Below are positions 37,065 through 48,300 of a stretch of DNA of 64,000 bases, in pieces; the first letter of the stretch is position 1; every line of letters starts with the position of its first letter. Under the pieces are notes generated by a model, which ran no database searches, was not told where the DNA came from, and saw only the letters and a program-made list of their open reading frames with translations. Both the position numbers and the translations under genes were made by a program. Source of the DNA: a virus; IMG/VR virus record IMGVR_UViG_3300006947_000003, positions 1 through 64,000 of that record; one strand, written 5' to 3'.

Positions 37065-37939
37065 TCTGCTAGTTCCTGGAGCCGTTTAATATGGTCATCT
37101 GTTAACCATTGCTTAACATGATAATGTATAGGCTTTGTTTGTAAGTAATTGTTAATAAAGCATCTGCCGTTTTCGTCCCAACTATCTGACAAGTAATCAG
37201 TCCAATCAACGTCTTGTACTTTATAATCTAATAGTCCTTGGCATTTTGATTTTAAATGTACAAAAGTAAAACTAGGAATAGGTTTAACTTTATCTTCCCA
37301 TTCTAATAATCTAATAGCAAGTCCGTATACTTCGTCGGTTGCTGGCCAACGTTTTTTATTATGTCTAATATATTCCCAACTGTAGTCGTCCCAATTTTTA
37401 AATATATCTTCGCACATATTAAAAAACTTTCTTGCCTCTTTACTTTGTCTAAAATAAGTTAGGGCCGCATATCCTCTATACAAGTTGTTTCGTGTAAACG
37501 CTTGACTATAATAACTTACGTCTGCTTTGTGTCCTTTAAATGTAACAGGGTTGTTACATATTTGTACAGGAAAACCTTTTCCTAATATGTTCCACCAGTC
37601 GCTATGGTCGTGTGTGAATAGCATATCAGCATCTAAGCAAATAGTTTCTTTGTAAGGTGTCATATGATATGCTTTCCACCAGTTGTGTAATTTCCAGTTA
37701 TGCGGCAATGCTTCGTCGGTCCATGGGATTGTAACAACTTCATCAAATATTTCTTTGTAGTTTTCTGGTAAACGTTTTTGGTCTTCTTTTGTCATGCCAA
37801 CTGCTAAAAACGGTGCCTCTACTTGACTTGATTTTAAACTCAATGCTAAAGCATAAGCCATTCTAGGATAGTCGCCAAACTTTTCACTATATTGTGCTAT
37901 AGTAAAAAACCCTCGTTGTCTTTTATATTTTCTAGCCAT
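37061..37939 (-). CDS. Glycosyltransferase-like (GT8-type DxD)
   Basis: AYALALSLK, TPYKETICLDADML, TDEVY, FVHLK, HYH. Confidence 0.65.
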   Translation of the reverse strand: MARKYKRQRGFFTIAQYSEKFGDYPRMAYALALSLKSSQVEAPFLAVGMTKEDQKRLPENYKEIFDEVVTIPWTDEALPHNWKLHNWWKAYHMTPYKETICLDADMLFTHDHSDWWNILGKGFPVQICNNPVTFKGHKADVSYYSQAFTRNNLYRGYAALTYFRQSKEARKFFNMCEDIFKNWDDYSWEYIRHNKKRWPATDEVYGLAIRLLEWEDKVKPIPSFTFVHLKSKCQGLLDYKVQDVDWTDYLSDSWDENGRCFINNYLQTKPIHYHVKQWLTDDHIKRLQELAE

Positions 37940-38768
37940 AAAGTTCTATAAACCTATCATAATTTTTTTCTATTTCAAATTTGTTTAGTAAGTGTATGTT
38001 TGTGTCTTTTAATCTTACAGGTCCTTCAGTTGTATTAATTGTTATACTTCCTTTGTTTATATCTATCACACTTTCGGGCGGGTAACTGTTAATCTGTCTT
38101 GTAGGTAATGGCTTTAACCATCCATCAGTATATCCGTTCATAATATGTGAGGCTATGGCAGCCGTTATATCGTTTCTATAAAATGTATACGGGCTATTAT
38201 ATGTTGTACTATAAAAATCGTTATTTTCTTTGATTTCTTTTGCTAATGTAAACCATTGTTCTGTTTGTTCGCATTTTCTAAAATAACATACAGTAAACCA
38301 ATGTATACTAGGGTAGCCATCTGTGATAACTTTTTCGTAAATGTGTTCTTGTTGTTTTCCGGGAAGTCTACTATTAATATTCATTAGCATAGGTTCAACA
38401 TTTCCCCACACGTTATTTAAAACTGAATTTTGTATTAAGTAGTCACTATCGATTAGTATTGTTTCGTCATATGGTGATAAATCATATGCTAATAACCGAT
38501 CTAAATTATACCAAGTAATTTGTTCACGTTTACCGTTAATTATTACACCTCTGCCATTGACTACTTCGACATTGTCTAAGTATATCACCTTATCCCAAAC
38601 ATCACTAGCATTGTACAATGTATTGTCGTTGTAATCAGCTTCTAGTGTAATTAAGGAAACAGGTATATCAAGAAAATGCTTAGCCATAGTCGCGGCTACT
38701 TCGGCTTGTTTTATGTAATTAAATTGCTCGTTATTTTTAGCAAATATTATTAAGCCTTTAGTCGTCAT
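37932..38768 (-). CDS. Glycosyltransferase-like (GT8-type DxD)
   Basis: LSPYDETILIDSDYL, YRND, HLLNK. Confidence 0.65.
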   Translation of the reverse strand: MTTKGLIIFAKNNEQFNYIKQAEVAATMAKHFLDIPVSLITLEADYNDNTLYNASDVWDKVIYLDNVEVVNGRGVIINGKREQITWYNLDRLLAYDLSPYDETILIDSDYLIQNSVLNNVWGNVEPMLMNINSRLPGKQQEHIYEKVITDGYPSIHWFTVCYFRKCEQTEQWFTLAKEIKENNDFYSTTYNSPYTFYRNDITAAIASHIMNGYTDGWLKPLPTRQINSYPPESVIDINKGSITINTTEGPVRLKDTNIHLLNKFEIEKNYDRFIELYG

Positions 38769-39108
38769 ATGTTAATATCTCTTCCACACTTCTTGCTGTT
38801 ACTATTTTTTGTTGCTCTGCCTGAGCTCTATTTTGTTCTTGAACGTAAGTATCTAATATTAATTTCATAAAAGGTCCAACTTCTATTTCGATTAGATTTT
38901 CATTTCTGTCATCAATGACAGCTTTTTTGTAGTTTTTACGTTCGAGCAAATCTAGTAAGTTTAGCAATGTAGGATTGATATTAAATAATCCGCCGTTATA
39001 ACCGATAGTGAGCCTTTCATTTTTAAGCTCTTTTAGTAGTTGTAATTGGTTATTTTGGACTTGTCGATAATTTGCGTTTTTGAATAATTCTGATGTTTCT
39101 TTGTTCAT
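38758..39108 (-). CDS. Hypothetical protein
   Basis: 116 aa; first gene after the promoter at 39162-39190. Confidence 0.6.
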   Translation of the reverse strand: MNKETSELFKNANYRQVQNNQLQLLKELKNERLTIGYNGGLFNINPTLLNLLDLLERKNYKKAVIDDRNENLIEIEVGPFMKLILDTYVQEQNRAQAEQQKIVTARSVEEILTYDD

Positions 39109-39123
39109 TGAGATATCCTAGAT

Positions 39124-39161
39124 AAAAAAATAGCGAGTAGTTTTTAACACATACTCGCTAT
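39124..39161 (-). terminator. Intrinsic terminator after the structural operon
   Basis: 10-bp stem ATAGCGAGTA/TACTCGCTAT (39130-39139, 39152-39161) with a 12-nt loop, followed by a T7 run on the minus strand. Confidence 0.75.
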
Positions 39162-39190
39162 ATTATAACACGTTAGGACTAAGGTGTCAA
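39162..39190 (-). promoter_or_regulatory. Consensus sigma70 promoter for the glycosylation/rSAM operon
   Basis: TTGACA (39190-39185), 17 bp, TATAAT (39167-39162) with an extended -10 TG. Confidence 0.85.
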
Positions 39191-39197
39191 GTCTTTT

Positions 39198-40130
39198 TTA
39201 GAATGATTCTGTTGTTGCCCAACTTGGATATGCGGGTGTATAAACAGTAGACCTTCTTGATGTAAATACTGCGTTTGTACCTGATTCTACTGTATCAACT
39301 GTGCTTGGAGATGTCGCGGCATGTTGATCGTCCCATGTAATTTGAATTGTAACAATTGTGCCATCAGTTTTTGCTTGAACTAATACATCGTTGGCACTAT
39401 AAGCGCCTGAGCCAATGTTTGTTCCTTCAAAAACAGTCGCGTAAGTTGAAGTTAAATCATGGAAGCCAACTGTTGTACTAGGTGTTCCAGCGTTACCAGT
39501 TCTTGTAGTACCAGTGTAACCTATTTTAATAGTACCTATGGAAGTATCAAAAATAGTGTTCCAGTTAGTAGATTGTGTGCTAGTTGCTGTTGGTTGATCA
39601 AACGTCATGTGTAACTCGCCACCCGAGTTGAAAAACGTTCTACAGTGATTAGCATTAGAAAATGTTGACGTAACTGTTGAGTTAATAGATGCTGTGCCAA
39701 CTTCGCCGCCCCAAGCAGTACTTCTTGTTGAAGTGTGCTGTGTTGCTGGAGTTGTTTGTTGTCCTGCGTCTACGTTTTGAAAGTTATTGTCAATGTCTGT
39801 AACCGCTCCACTCAAATTGTATGAGTAAGAAGCACCGCCAATTGTCTGTGTTCCGTCAAATGCGTGTACTGTGCCACTTGTTGCTGGATAACCTGTATCA
39901 CTTCCTCCCGGAATAGTTACTGATGTTCCTTGGTGTGTTGCCGCATTTGTGACCGCCGTTAGTAGCGCCGTCCAGTGTGCCGCTGTAATGCTATCTGTTG
40001 CTGATACTGTTGTTAAGTTTGATTGGTTATAACCTTTAGTGCCCGAACCGACACCTATTACGCCATTTACCGTCGAAACAAAAGCATTGTAATCAGAAGC
40101 AGTTATTGTATTGCTTGTTGAATATGCCAT
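39198..40130 (-). CDS. Virion structural / tail-fibre-associated protein
   Basis: MAYSTSNTITASDYN, GYNQ..ITAAHW, FFNSGGEL; very T/S/G-rich; in baseplate module. Confidence 0.65.
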   Translation of the reverse strand: MAYSTSNTITASDYNAFVSTVNGVIGVGSGTKGYNQSNLTTVSATDSITAAHWTALLTAVTNAATHQGTSVTIPGGSDTGYPATSGTVHAFDGTQTIGGASYSYNLSGAVTDIDNNFQNVDAGQQTTPATQHTSTRSTAWGGEVGTASINSTVTSTFSNANHCRTFFNSGGELHMTFDQPTATSTQSTNWNTIFDTSIGTIKIGYTGTTRTGNAGTPSTTVGFHDLTSTYATVFEGTNIGSGAYSANDVLVQAKTDGTIVTIQITWDDQHAATSPSTVDTVESGTNAVFTSRRSTVYTPAYPSWATTESF

Positions 40131-40157
40131 TATATTTTTCCCTTATGTCCTGTTATA

Positions 40158-41630
40158 TTAATTAATTATCACAAATGCTTCAATTTCACCCACTTCATGA
40201 CTATTTTTGTCTTGGAGTGATCTACCTATGCAGTTGAAATAGTTTGCTTCGCCGGTTGATGCGGATCTTGCCATGCCATTTCCAGCACTAACTAGTCTAT
40301 CACCTTTTTTAATTGTACCAATAACTTTGACTGGTACTCTTCCGCTTACTGCTATCGCTGGATGACTGGCGTTGTCTCCTGCTTTAGAATTCATTAAGTA
40401 TGCTGGTCTTGTTGAAATAACACCAAATACTTTGTTACTTAATTCGTCACTTACTTTTGTAATTTCTTTTGCTCCACCTAAAGCAACAATAGTGCCAGGT
40501 TCTTGCGGGTTGTCAATAGCAAAACGCTCTGCCAAGTCAGCATATTGTGCCGAGGTACTTTCACCTTCGAACGTAGTAGCAAATACTTGATTAAACTTTT
40601 TAGCTGTGCTACCTAAATCTCTAGTGTTGTTAGCATCTGGGATCAAGTCACCAGTTATACTAGCACTACCGTCTCTTAATAGTGTTACACCACTTACTGA
40701 AAGTTGATTATCAACATATTGTTTTGTAGCGGCACCTAAGTTAACTGTAGGATCACCTGCTAGTACTATTCTCGATGTGGCGCCATCTACTGTTAATGCT
40801 GTAGTAGGTGAACCACCGTCGTTGACTGACATAATAATATCACCGTCTGATGTATTATTATGAAGTGTAATATTACTTCCTGCTACACTAACTCTGTAGT
40901 CGTCATCTGCGCCTACGTAAAAACCTGTATCGTTTTGAACTTTAAGTGTACCTGATGTAGTATCATTGCCACCTGATATTAAATAACCAGTCGCTGCCAC
41001 ACCGCCTAAAGCGTCTGAGTCAGTTGCTGTTCCATTCCATTTTGCCGAAGCTAGTGTTGAGTTAACTGTGTAGCCTTGCTTAATTGTAGCAAAACCCGAT
41101 ATAGCCGCGTTAGGTGTAAATACCGCATCTTTAGAAATTATTGATACAATAACATCATTAACATACATTTTAACAATAACGTGTGCTACTGAACCAGTAT
41201 CTGTTATAGACTCTACTGTTGGTCCTGATTGCCCCGAACCCACAGTTGAAAGTGGACCAATTGTAGTCCATGTACTTCCGTTATAAACTTTTAATTGGTT
41301 GTTTGTTGTATGCCAAAATAAATCACCTACAACACCACTTGCTGGATCCGATGATGCTGTTGTAGAACTTGAAACTGTTTTAAAAGCAGAACCAGTGTAT
41401 ACTTTAAGTAAACTATTGGAACTGTCCCACCATATCTGGCCAGCCAAAGGCGCCGATGGGGCTGATGAGTTAGAGAAATTCTCTAATAATTTTACGAAGT
41501 TTTCGTTTAATAACTCGCCGTAGCCGGAATAGTTTTTACCAATGAATTTTAAATCAGTAGTACTATCTATTGTTCCGTCGCTTACGGTAGCTAAAACACC
41601 CCCGCTTGTTTTGTTAACTGTATATGCCAT
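40158..41630 (-). CDS. Tail fibre/baseplate protein with C-terminal intramolecular-chaperone autocleavage (peptidase G2-like) domain
   Basis: N-terminal IGKNYSGYGE..NENFVKLLENF, GQIWWD; C-terminal ADLAE..GVISTRP..GRVPVKV..KGDRLV. Confidence 0.7.
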   Translation of the reverse strand: MAYTVNKTSGGVLATVSDGTIDSTTDLKFIGKNYSGYGELLNENFVKLLENFSNSSAPSAPLAGQIWWDSSNSLLKVYTGSAFKTVSSSTTASSDPASGVVGDLFWHTTNNQLKVYNGSTWTTIGPLSTVGSGQSGPTVESITDTGSVAHVIVKMYVNDVIVSIISKDAVFTPNAAISGFATIKQGYTVNSTLASAKWNGTATDSDALGGVAATGYLISGGNDTTSGTLKVQNDTGFYVGADDDYRVSVAGSNITLHNNTSDGDIIMSVNDGGSPTTALTVDGATSRIVLAGDPTVNLGAATKQYVDNQLSVSGVTLLRDGSASITGDLIPDANNTRDLGSTAKKFNQVFATTFEGESTSAQYADLAERFAIDNPQEPGTIVALGGAKEITKVSDELSNKVFGVISTRPAYLMNSKAGDNASHPAIAVSGRVPVKVIGTIKKGDRLVSAGNGMARSASTGEANYFNCIGRSLQDKNSHEVGEIEAFVIIN

Positions 41631-41648
41631 TTATTACTCCACTAACAT

Positions 41649-41664
41649 TATTTATATATTTATC
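41649..41664 (-). promoter_or_regulatory. T4-type late promoter boxes (GATAAATA and TATAAATA in tandem)
   Basis: Exact TATAAATA at 41656-41649, upstream of a GGAG RBS and ATG 41630. Confidence 0.7.
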
Positions 41665-41666
41665 GT

Positions 41667-42338
41667 TTAATTAACACTTGACAGATTAGTTAAAGTTTGA
41701 ATTCTTACTGTATATTCAATTTCAATTAACCGGTTTAAGGACTTCTGTACAGGGTGAAACACAACATGGGTTAATAATTTACCTGTATCAACAGTACCTA
41801 CCCAACTTTTTAATCCTAACTCATCAAATACATACGTACCATCAAAGTTATTCGTGTTGTCAAACGCCGCTTGTCCGCTTGGTTCACCATAATCTAACAA
41901 ACAACTTACAACGATATCAGTGTACACAGTACCCTCTACGTGTGATGTTGTTATTTTGTTACGTGCTGGGTCAGTATTTAACGCTGAATTGTTATCAACT
42001 ACTTTGTAATATGTTTGATTATATAAACTACTGTTAGTACCACTACTATTAGCAGGCTTATATGTAATTACCCCAGTAGGGTCAACACTAGTACCACCGT
42101 TTCCTAAGGCTATTTCATGAACAAATCCTGTTGTTTTATTAGCAATAGACAGCGCCATTGCTTCACTCATATTTTCATAATGAATAGCATTACGCTTATT
42201 GACGAATTCTTCACCTGATACTGGGTCAAATATTCTTATATGACCTTCGACGTTGACATTTCCAGTCTCATCAGGGTTATTATTTGATTTTTCTTTAATT
42301 TCGTTTTCCATGTCGTTATCTTCTTCTGCCTTATTCAT
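41667..42338 (-). CDS. Conserved baseplate/tail structural protein
   Basis: GHIRIFDP..KRNAIHYEN..GNGGT..FDELGL..LTHVVFHPVQKS; located between wedge and fibre genes. Confidence 0.6.
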   Translation of the reverse strand: MNKAEEDNDMENEIKEKSNNNPDETGNVNVEGHIRIFDPVSGEEFVNKRNAIHYENMSEAMALSIANKTTGFVHEIALGNGGTSVDPTGVITYKPANSSGTNSSLYNQTYYKVVDNNSALNTDPARNKITTSHVEGTVYTDIVVSCLLDYGEPSGQAAFDNTNNFDGTYVFDELGLKSWVGTVDTGKLLTHVVFHPVQKSLNRLIEIEYTVRIQTLTNLSSVN

Positions 42339-42342
42339 ATAT

Positions 42343-45300
42343 TTAGCTCTTTATGTAAGTCGGTTCATCAAGTAAGAAATTAGCCTGAGTCGTGGTTGAA
42401 TTTTGCAAGCCTAATCCGTTACTAGCATTACTACCTTGTGTAGTATACCAAGTTTTATCATGTGCTGATGGTATCTCTTGTCTAGTACTAACATCTATAA
42501 CATCACTATGTATTGGGTGACTTGCTGGAATATGTGTTCCACTAGTTCCGCGTCGTAGTCTTGATATTGTATTTGTTGCTATATCTAGATGTAAGTATTC
42601 TATTCTCTCGCCGCCGATCCACACAATACCGGGCATGTTGCTAGTATCATCCGGTACCGCAAATTGCTGAGCATTGTTTACTACTATTTCAGTATGCGAT
42701 GATAATAGCTCTGCGGCAGTAGTTGCTTTGTGTTTATTTGATATCCTGTAATAATGATTCTTATCAAATAAATCTTTAAAGATTTTAAATCCAATTGCCG
42801 GCTGTATAATTTCTTCTGTAAATTGTGTTATTATTGTTATGTCAGTTGCTTGTAGTGTACTAGCGAATGCTAATTTACTACCAAGCAGTTTGTAATCATA
42901 GTTCGGTACCATCTTAACACCATTTTTAGTTACCCACAAGTAAGATACATTAGTAGGATTTCTAAATAAACTAAACTCTGCTATATTTACAACACTTGCA
43001 GTTACGGCATCAAACGGCACAGATTCAAATCCTCTAACATCAAATCCAATATCAGTAGTAATAGCACTAGTTGAGCCACCTTTAAATGTTTCTGTTGTAA
43101 CTTTTAGTTTATTATGATTATTAAACGTTGTTACTACTAATGAGTCTGATCCACTCCACGTTCCGCCTGTGATTGTTAATGTTGTAGCATCAGTTAAAAT
43201 ATAATCAGCATTTGTAGTTACAGCAACATCAATTTTAGAACTAGCCGATGGTGCCTCGTCTAATTGAACTGCTTTTATTGTGCTATCTGATCCAGTAACT
43301 ATACTATAATTTGTAGTTTGTACACCGTTAATATAAACTCGTGTGTCGCTTTTTGTTAATGTTGCATGGTCAATATCTGCTTTTGTGGATAAATCGTATG
43401 TTGCTGAACTGGAATCGTTTGTTAGGTACGTGAACACCGGTGGGCGTAATCTTGTTCCGTTAAGTTCGACAATAATTTTATCTGTTCTTGCTAAAAATGT
43501 ATCGGCTCCGTCTGTTAATGTAAATGTTCTAGTGCTATCAGTTACAGTCCAGTCGTCTATTGTTACCTTACTAAATGTTCTAGTAGCAGATGATGCCACA
43601 TCAAATAACATAACTCGCACTTGGTCTGTTGCAGATAACGCGGTAGCCGGTGTCCAGGTTGTTTCTGTGCCGCTGGCGGCTAATGTTCCAGTTGTATTGT
43701 GTACGCCATTAACTGTAATAAAGTTTTGTTTAGTTGATATTAATGAATACGCTATTGGTAGATTAACAACAGTCTGACCAGCAATTGCTTGTTGTTCAAA
43801 ATCAAGTAACACACTATTACCGGTATTACCGAAGCTAGTTAGATGTATGATTTCGTTGTTTACTGGAGCAGTAGTGAACGTAATTTTATTATCAACCCAG
43901 TCAACGGTGTAGAGCGTAGAAGAAACTTTACCTGATGATCTAGAATATACAAGAACTGCTTGATCTGTTCCTGTTTTATCATCACCAAATTTAAATACTT
44001 TATTAGTTCCATCGCCTTTGTAATTTATACTATAAATTGGAAAGCCTAACGCATCATCATTGTCTGTATCTGTGCTAGGCGACGTGAACACGTTTATGCT
44101 TAATGAGTCAAACACTCTACCGGGCACAAATTCTTCAGGAGCATGTGAACTATAAGCATCAACAAATTTACTACTTCCATCTACAATAATATCTTCAGGT
44201 CGTAATCCTAATTGTGTATCATCAAATTTACCCTGTAAAGTTAAGTCGATATCTTTTGAACTTAAAATAAATCGACCGTCACTGTCGATTTCAAAGTTAT
44301 CAAACGGTTCAGTATCAAATGCACTGTGATCAAAGTTTGGTTCGTCTGAGAATAGTGGTCCTTGAACTTTTGTTCCTGGATATGTGATACCTTTAAATAT
44401 TGCTCCCAAGTCTACAGCATCTTGTCCTGCTTTAGGACTGTAATATGCCATAGTTCTATCCATTGCATTATTAAATGTAGCATCTGCCTTAATTGTTAAG
44501 TTATCACTATCAAATGTTGCTCCTGACGTAAAGCCCGTGTTAACTGTATATGCTTCTTTTAAGTGTTGGATGATATCGGTTGTAGTATAAGCAGTATTTT
44601 TAGTCCATGTTTTAACATCGGAACTAAATTTAATTCTATCAAATTTTAACGTTTCTTTTATTTTTCTTATATTGTTATTTTTTATAACAGCATACAAGTT
44701 TGTTGCTATTGTTGGACTACCACCGGTAATTGTAATAGCAGGTGTTGTAAGATATCCACTGCCCTTAGTTGTTACTGTTACACTATTAACTCGTCCGCCA
44801 CTTATAGTACACGTTGCTGTAGCAGTAACACCACCTGCAGGCGCGGCCGCAATTGTTATTACTGGTGCTGTAGTATATCCAGTTCCTTGCCAGTTTATAC
44901 GAATGTCGTCGACATAATAAGAATGATTATCTTTCCACATTTTGTAAGCAGTATTTGTTGTAAGTGTAGTAGCGTCGTGGCCCTTTTCTTTATTAGGTGA
45001 CCTAAACGTTTTAGTAATACTGTCGTATGTAGCTGGTAAATCGAAGTCTGAAGTGTCACCTAAATATGTTTCTAGTTTAGTGTAACCTAATACGTATTCT
45101 CTAATCTTAGAATGATACGGTTTTACTTCATTGATATAGCTTTTAACAAATTCTTGGTTATCTCTTTGGTATGTTGGAAATTGATCTAGTGCCCGTAAAT
45201 TATGTTTAACTTGGATGAAACTAGTTTTGAACATCCAATCAACATGTGACTGTTCTTGTAATACAAATTTCAATAAAACAAACATTAACTTGTTGTGTTC

Positions 45301-48300
45301 ATTTTTTAAATCGTGAACTAGAATTTGGTCTTTAATCGCATCAATAATATTCCTAGTTTCAATTTGAGGTTCTGTATCCATTAAATTAAAGTCGTAACCG
45401 TCTGTGTCAAAACCGTAACTAGTTTTAACATAATCATACAAGTCATCACCGAATTTTAATGTTCCGTCTTTTTGACCTATTAGTGTGTGCTTGCCGGATG
45501 TTTTAATATATAAATCCCAACTAGTACCTTTTGTTATTTTAATAATACTTTTATCTGCTATTGTAGTAGCATTTTCATACACTTTGTTAAAATCAGTATA
45601 ACGATAATCAATGTTAGTATCCGTACTATAACCAGTGTCGTACCAGTCTATAAATGCCCAGAACTTTTTAGTATCGTAACTTTGCGTTCTAGACCGTAAC
45701 CAAGTATTATCGGATTGTAATGTATGGATGCTCCAGCGACCGTTAACTACAGAATCAGTTATTACCGCTACTTTGTATCCTGTTTCTTTAAGAGCTACTC
45801 TGATATAACCCAATTCTGTTATTGAATTTACAGTCTCATTGTATTCCAATGAAGTCGTTAACGGTAACGGTTCTTCTTCGTTTAGCACAGAATAATCTAA
45901 ACTGTCACTGATATTATACTTTTTAATAACAGCATTCACGTATGTGATATACTCTTTTAAAGCAAGATATCTATTCATAAACACGCCCTGTCTTGGCCGT
46001 ATATCAATACCGTACTTGTCGCCAACACTTAGGTTAATATCTGGGACAATGTTGCCCTGTTTATCTGCACCTGCTAAACTATCTTTAATTTTCTTAAATA
46101 GGTCTACAGGTATTTCAAGTTGTGTACTGCCTTCTGGGATTAATTCCCACTCTGTGTGTAGTATTTTATCGTTCGGTTTCTTATCATATTCAACTGCTAA
46201 TACTGTATTGTTTGCTTCTATATACTTTGCTGTATTAACTAGTGCTACTTGATTTTTTCCTATAAATTGAGCATAAGCAGAACCGTTTGTTACAGGATCT
46301 GTAATCAGTTTTTTAATTGTTTCTGTACTTAATGTTTTTCCTTCATGTACAGTTGTTTTGCTAGTTGCCCAGAAGTAGTATTTTGTTTCTAGTAAGTTTG
46401 TAATAGTGTTAATTTTTTGTATTTCAACATACGCACTATCACCATATTTTGCTGTGCCTCCGGTATACACGCTAGGTTTTACAGTTGACTCGGTCCACTG
46501 GTAAATGCCAATAGTACTTCCTGGGAATAATCCACCCCAGAATAAAGATTTGTAATCAGCATTACCTTGTTCATAATTAATAAATTTAAGTTCGTTTATG
46601 TCCCACCAAATTTTTCCAATAAATATATCCTGGTTCCAATAAGCATCACTCTTATTAACATCTTTTGTTCCGTCGCTATAATTGTAAACTGCAGGATCCC
46701 ATGTTGTCTTATAATCAATATTCTGTTCGGCGGCTCCTATAATTTTTCCCTTAATAGGATCAATGTAATCTAAATATGTTACAATCTTATTTGTTTCTTT
46801 GTTGTACAAAAATACTTTATTAATTCTATCAATATCAACTAATGGTTCTTCCTTTGCATCTACTGAAAATAAGTCACCTGTTTTTTTATACGTTAAGACC
46901 TTGCCGGTATTTAATGTTATTCCGTCGTCATCGAGTGGAGCACTAACGTAAATAGTATCGTTAGTAATTGCTATACTAGATCCAAACTTGTCATTGCTAG
47001 ATAAGTTATTTGTGTATAAATTATCAGCTTCGACCCAGCTATTGCCTAGTTTTTGGAACACATGCGTAGAGCCTGTAAAGAATCTATTTGCTGTAAATCT
47101 AGTGCCGCTACTGTCAAATATAGTATTTTTAAGATCAACTGTTGTATAAACACGTGATGATCCACTTGGGCAACCAACAACAAGTAAGTTGTTGTTTCTG
47201 GAAACTTTAATGTTCTCGCCAAATTTGTGACCAGCGGTAATTTCTTGATTTAACGTAAGTGTTGTAGAATTAAACCAAGGAGCTAATCCGATGTCTTTAA
47301 AAATAGTGCCAGTTACCCCTGGAGTAACAATAATAGAATTCATCTTACCTACACTACTAGTAACAGTTAATACAGTACCTGCCGACGATGCTGTAATACC
47401 AGGTATATTTGCGTTATTGATATCAATTACAATACCTGATAATGTAGTAGTAGTAGACGTAACTTTATATCCATTAATGAAGAAACTTTCACCGGAGTTG
47501 TAAGATGTAAACCCTTCCGGCGATGATGTTACAACACATTTGTCATTAACTATGTTTTGATTCCTTTCAAATATCGAAACAGTTCCTGAATTTTCTACAA
47601 CGCCGTCACGTTCCGGAACACCAACATACACCGTTTGAGCCGATTCGTCTATCGCAATAGACGATGATCCAAATTGCCCGTCCACTTGTTTAGCAATGTC
47701 ACTTGGTGATATCATTTGTAACTGTCGCCACCTGTCGGTCCATAACGCTATTTCGTCACCTGTTATAGGTGCTGTTACAAATGTAATAGTATTGCCTGAT
47801 GATGACCATACCGTAGGCTGTTTTGTAATATTTGTACCGTTAACTGCTACAGTAATGTAACTCGCACTTGATCCTTCGGCTGTAAATGTTTTTGTAGTCC
47901 CGTCACCTACAAAACATTGCCAATGCCTGGTCTTAACTTCTACAGCACCCATTCTGCTTGTAGAATCGTCACCTACGGTGCTTCTATTAGGTGAACCAAT
48001 AGTAATGTGTCGACCTTGACTATCTATGCTAATAGTTTTACCATAGTCGGTATCTGTTCCGGTAAATGTCTCAACAAGTCTCCAGCCACCTAAAGAAGTT
48101 ACACTGATGTCACTGCTGGCAACCGGTGCCGTTGTGAACGTAATTACTTTAGTTATTGGGTTATATGTATAATCTCTTCCAGCTACGTAATCAGTACCAC
48201 CTATACGAATATATAATTCTTCTGCTGAACCAGGACTCCCAAGTGAAGTTAATGTAAACGTAGTATCAGATCCATCTCCGATAAATGTTTGTGTTAGAAT

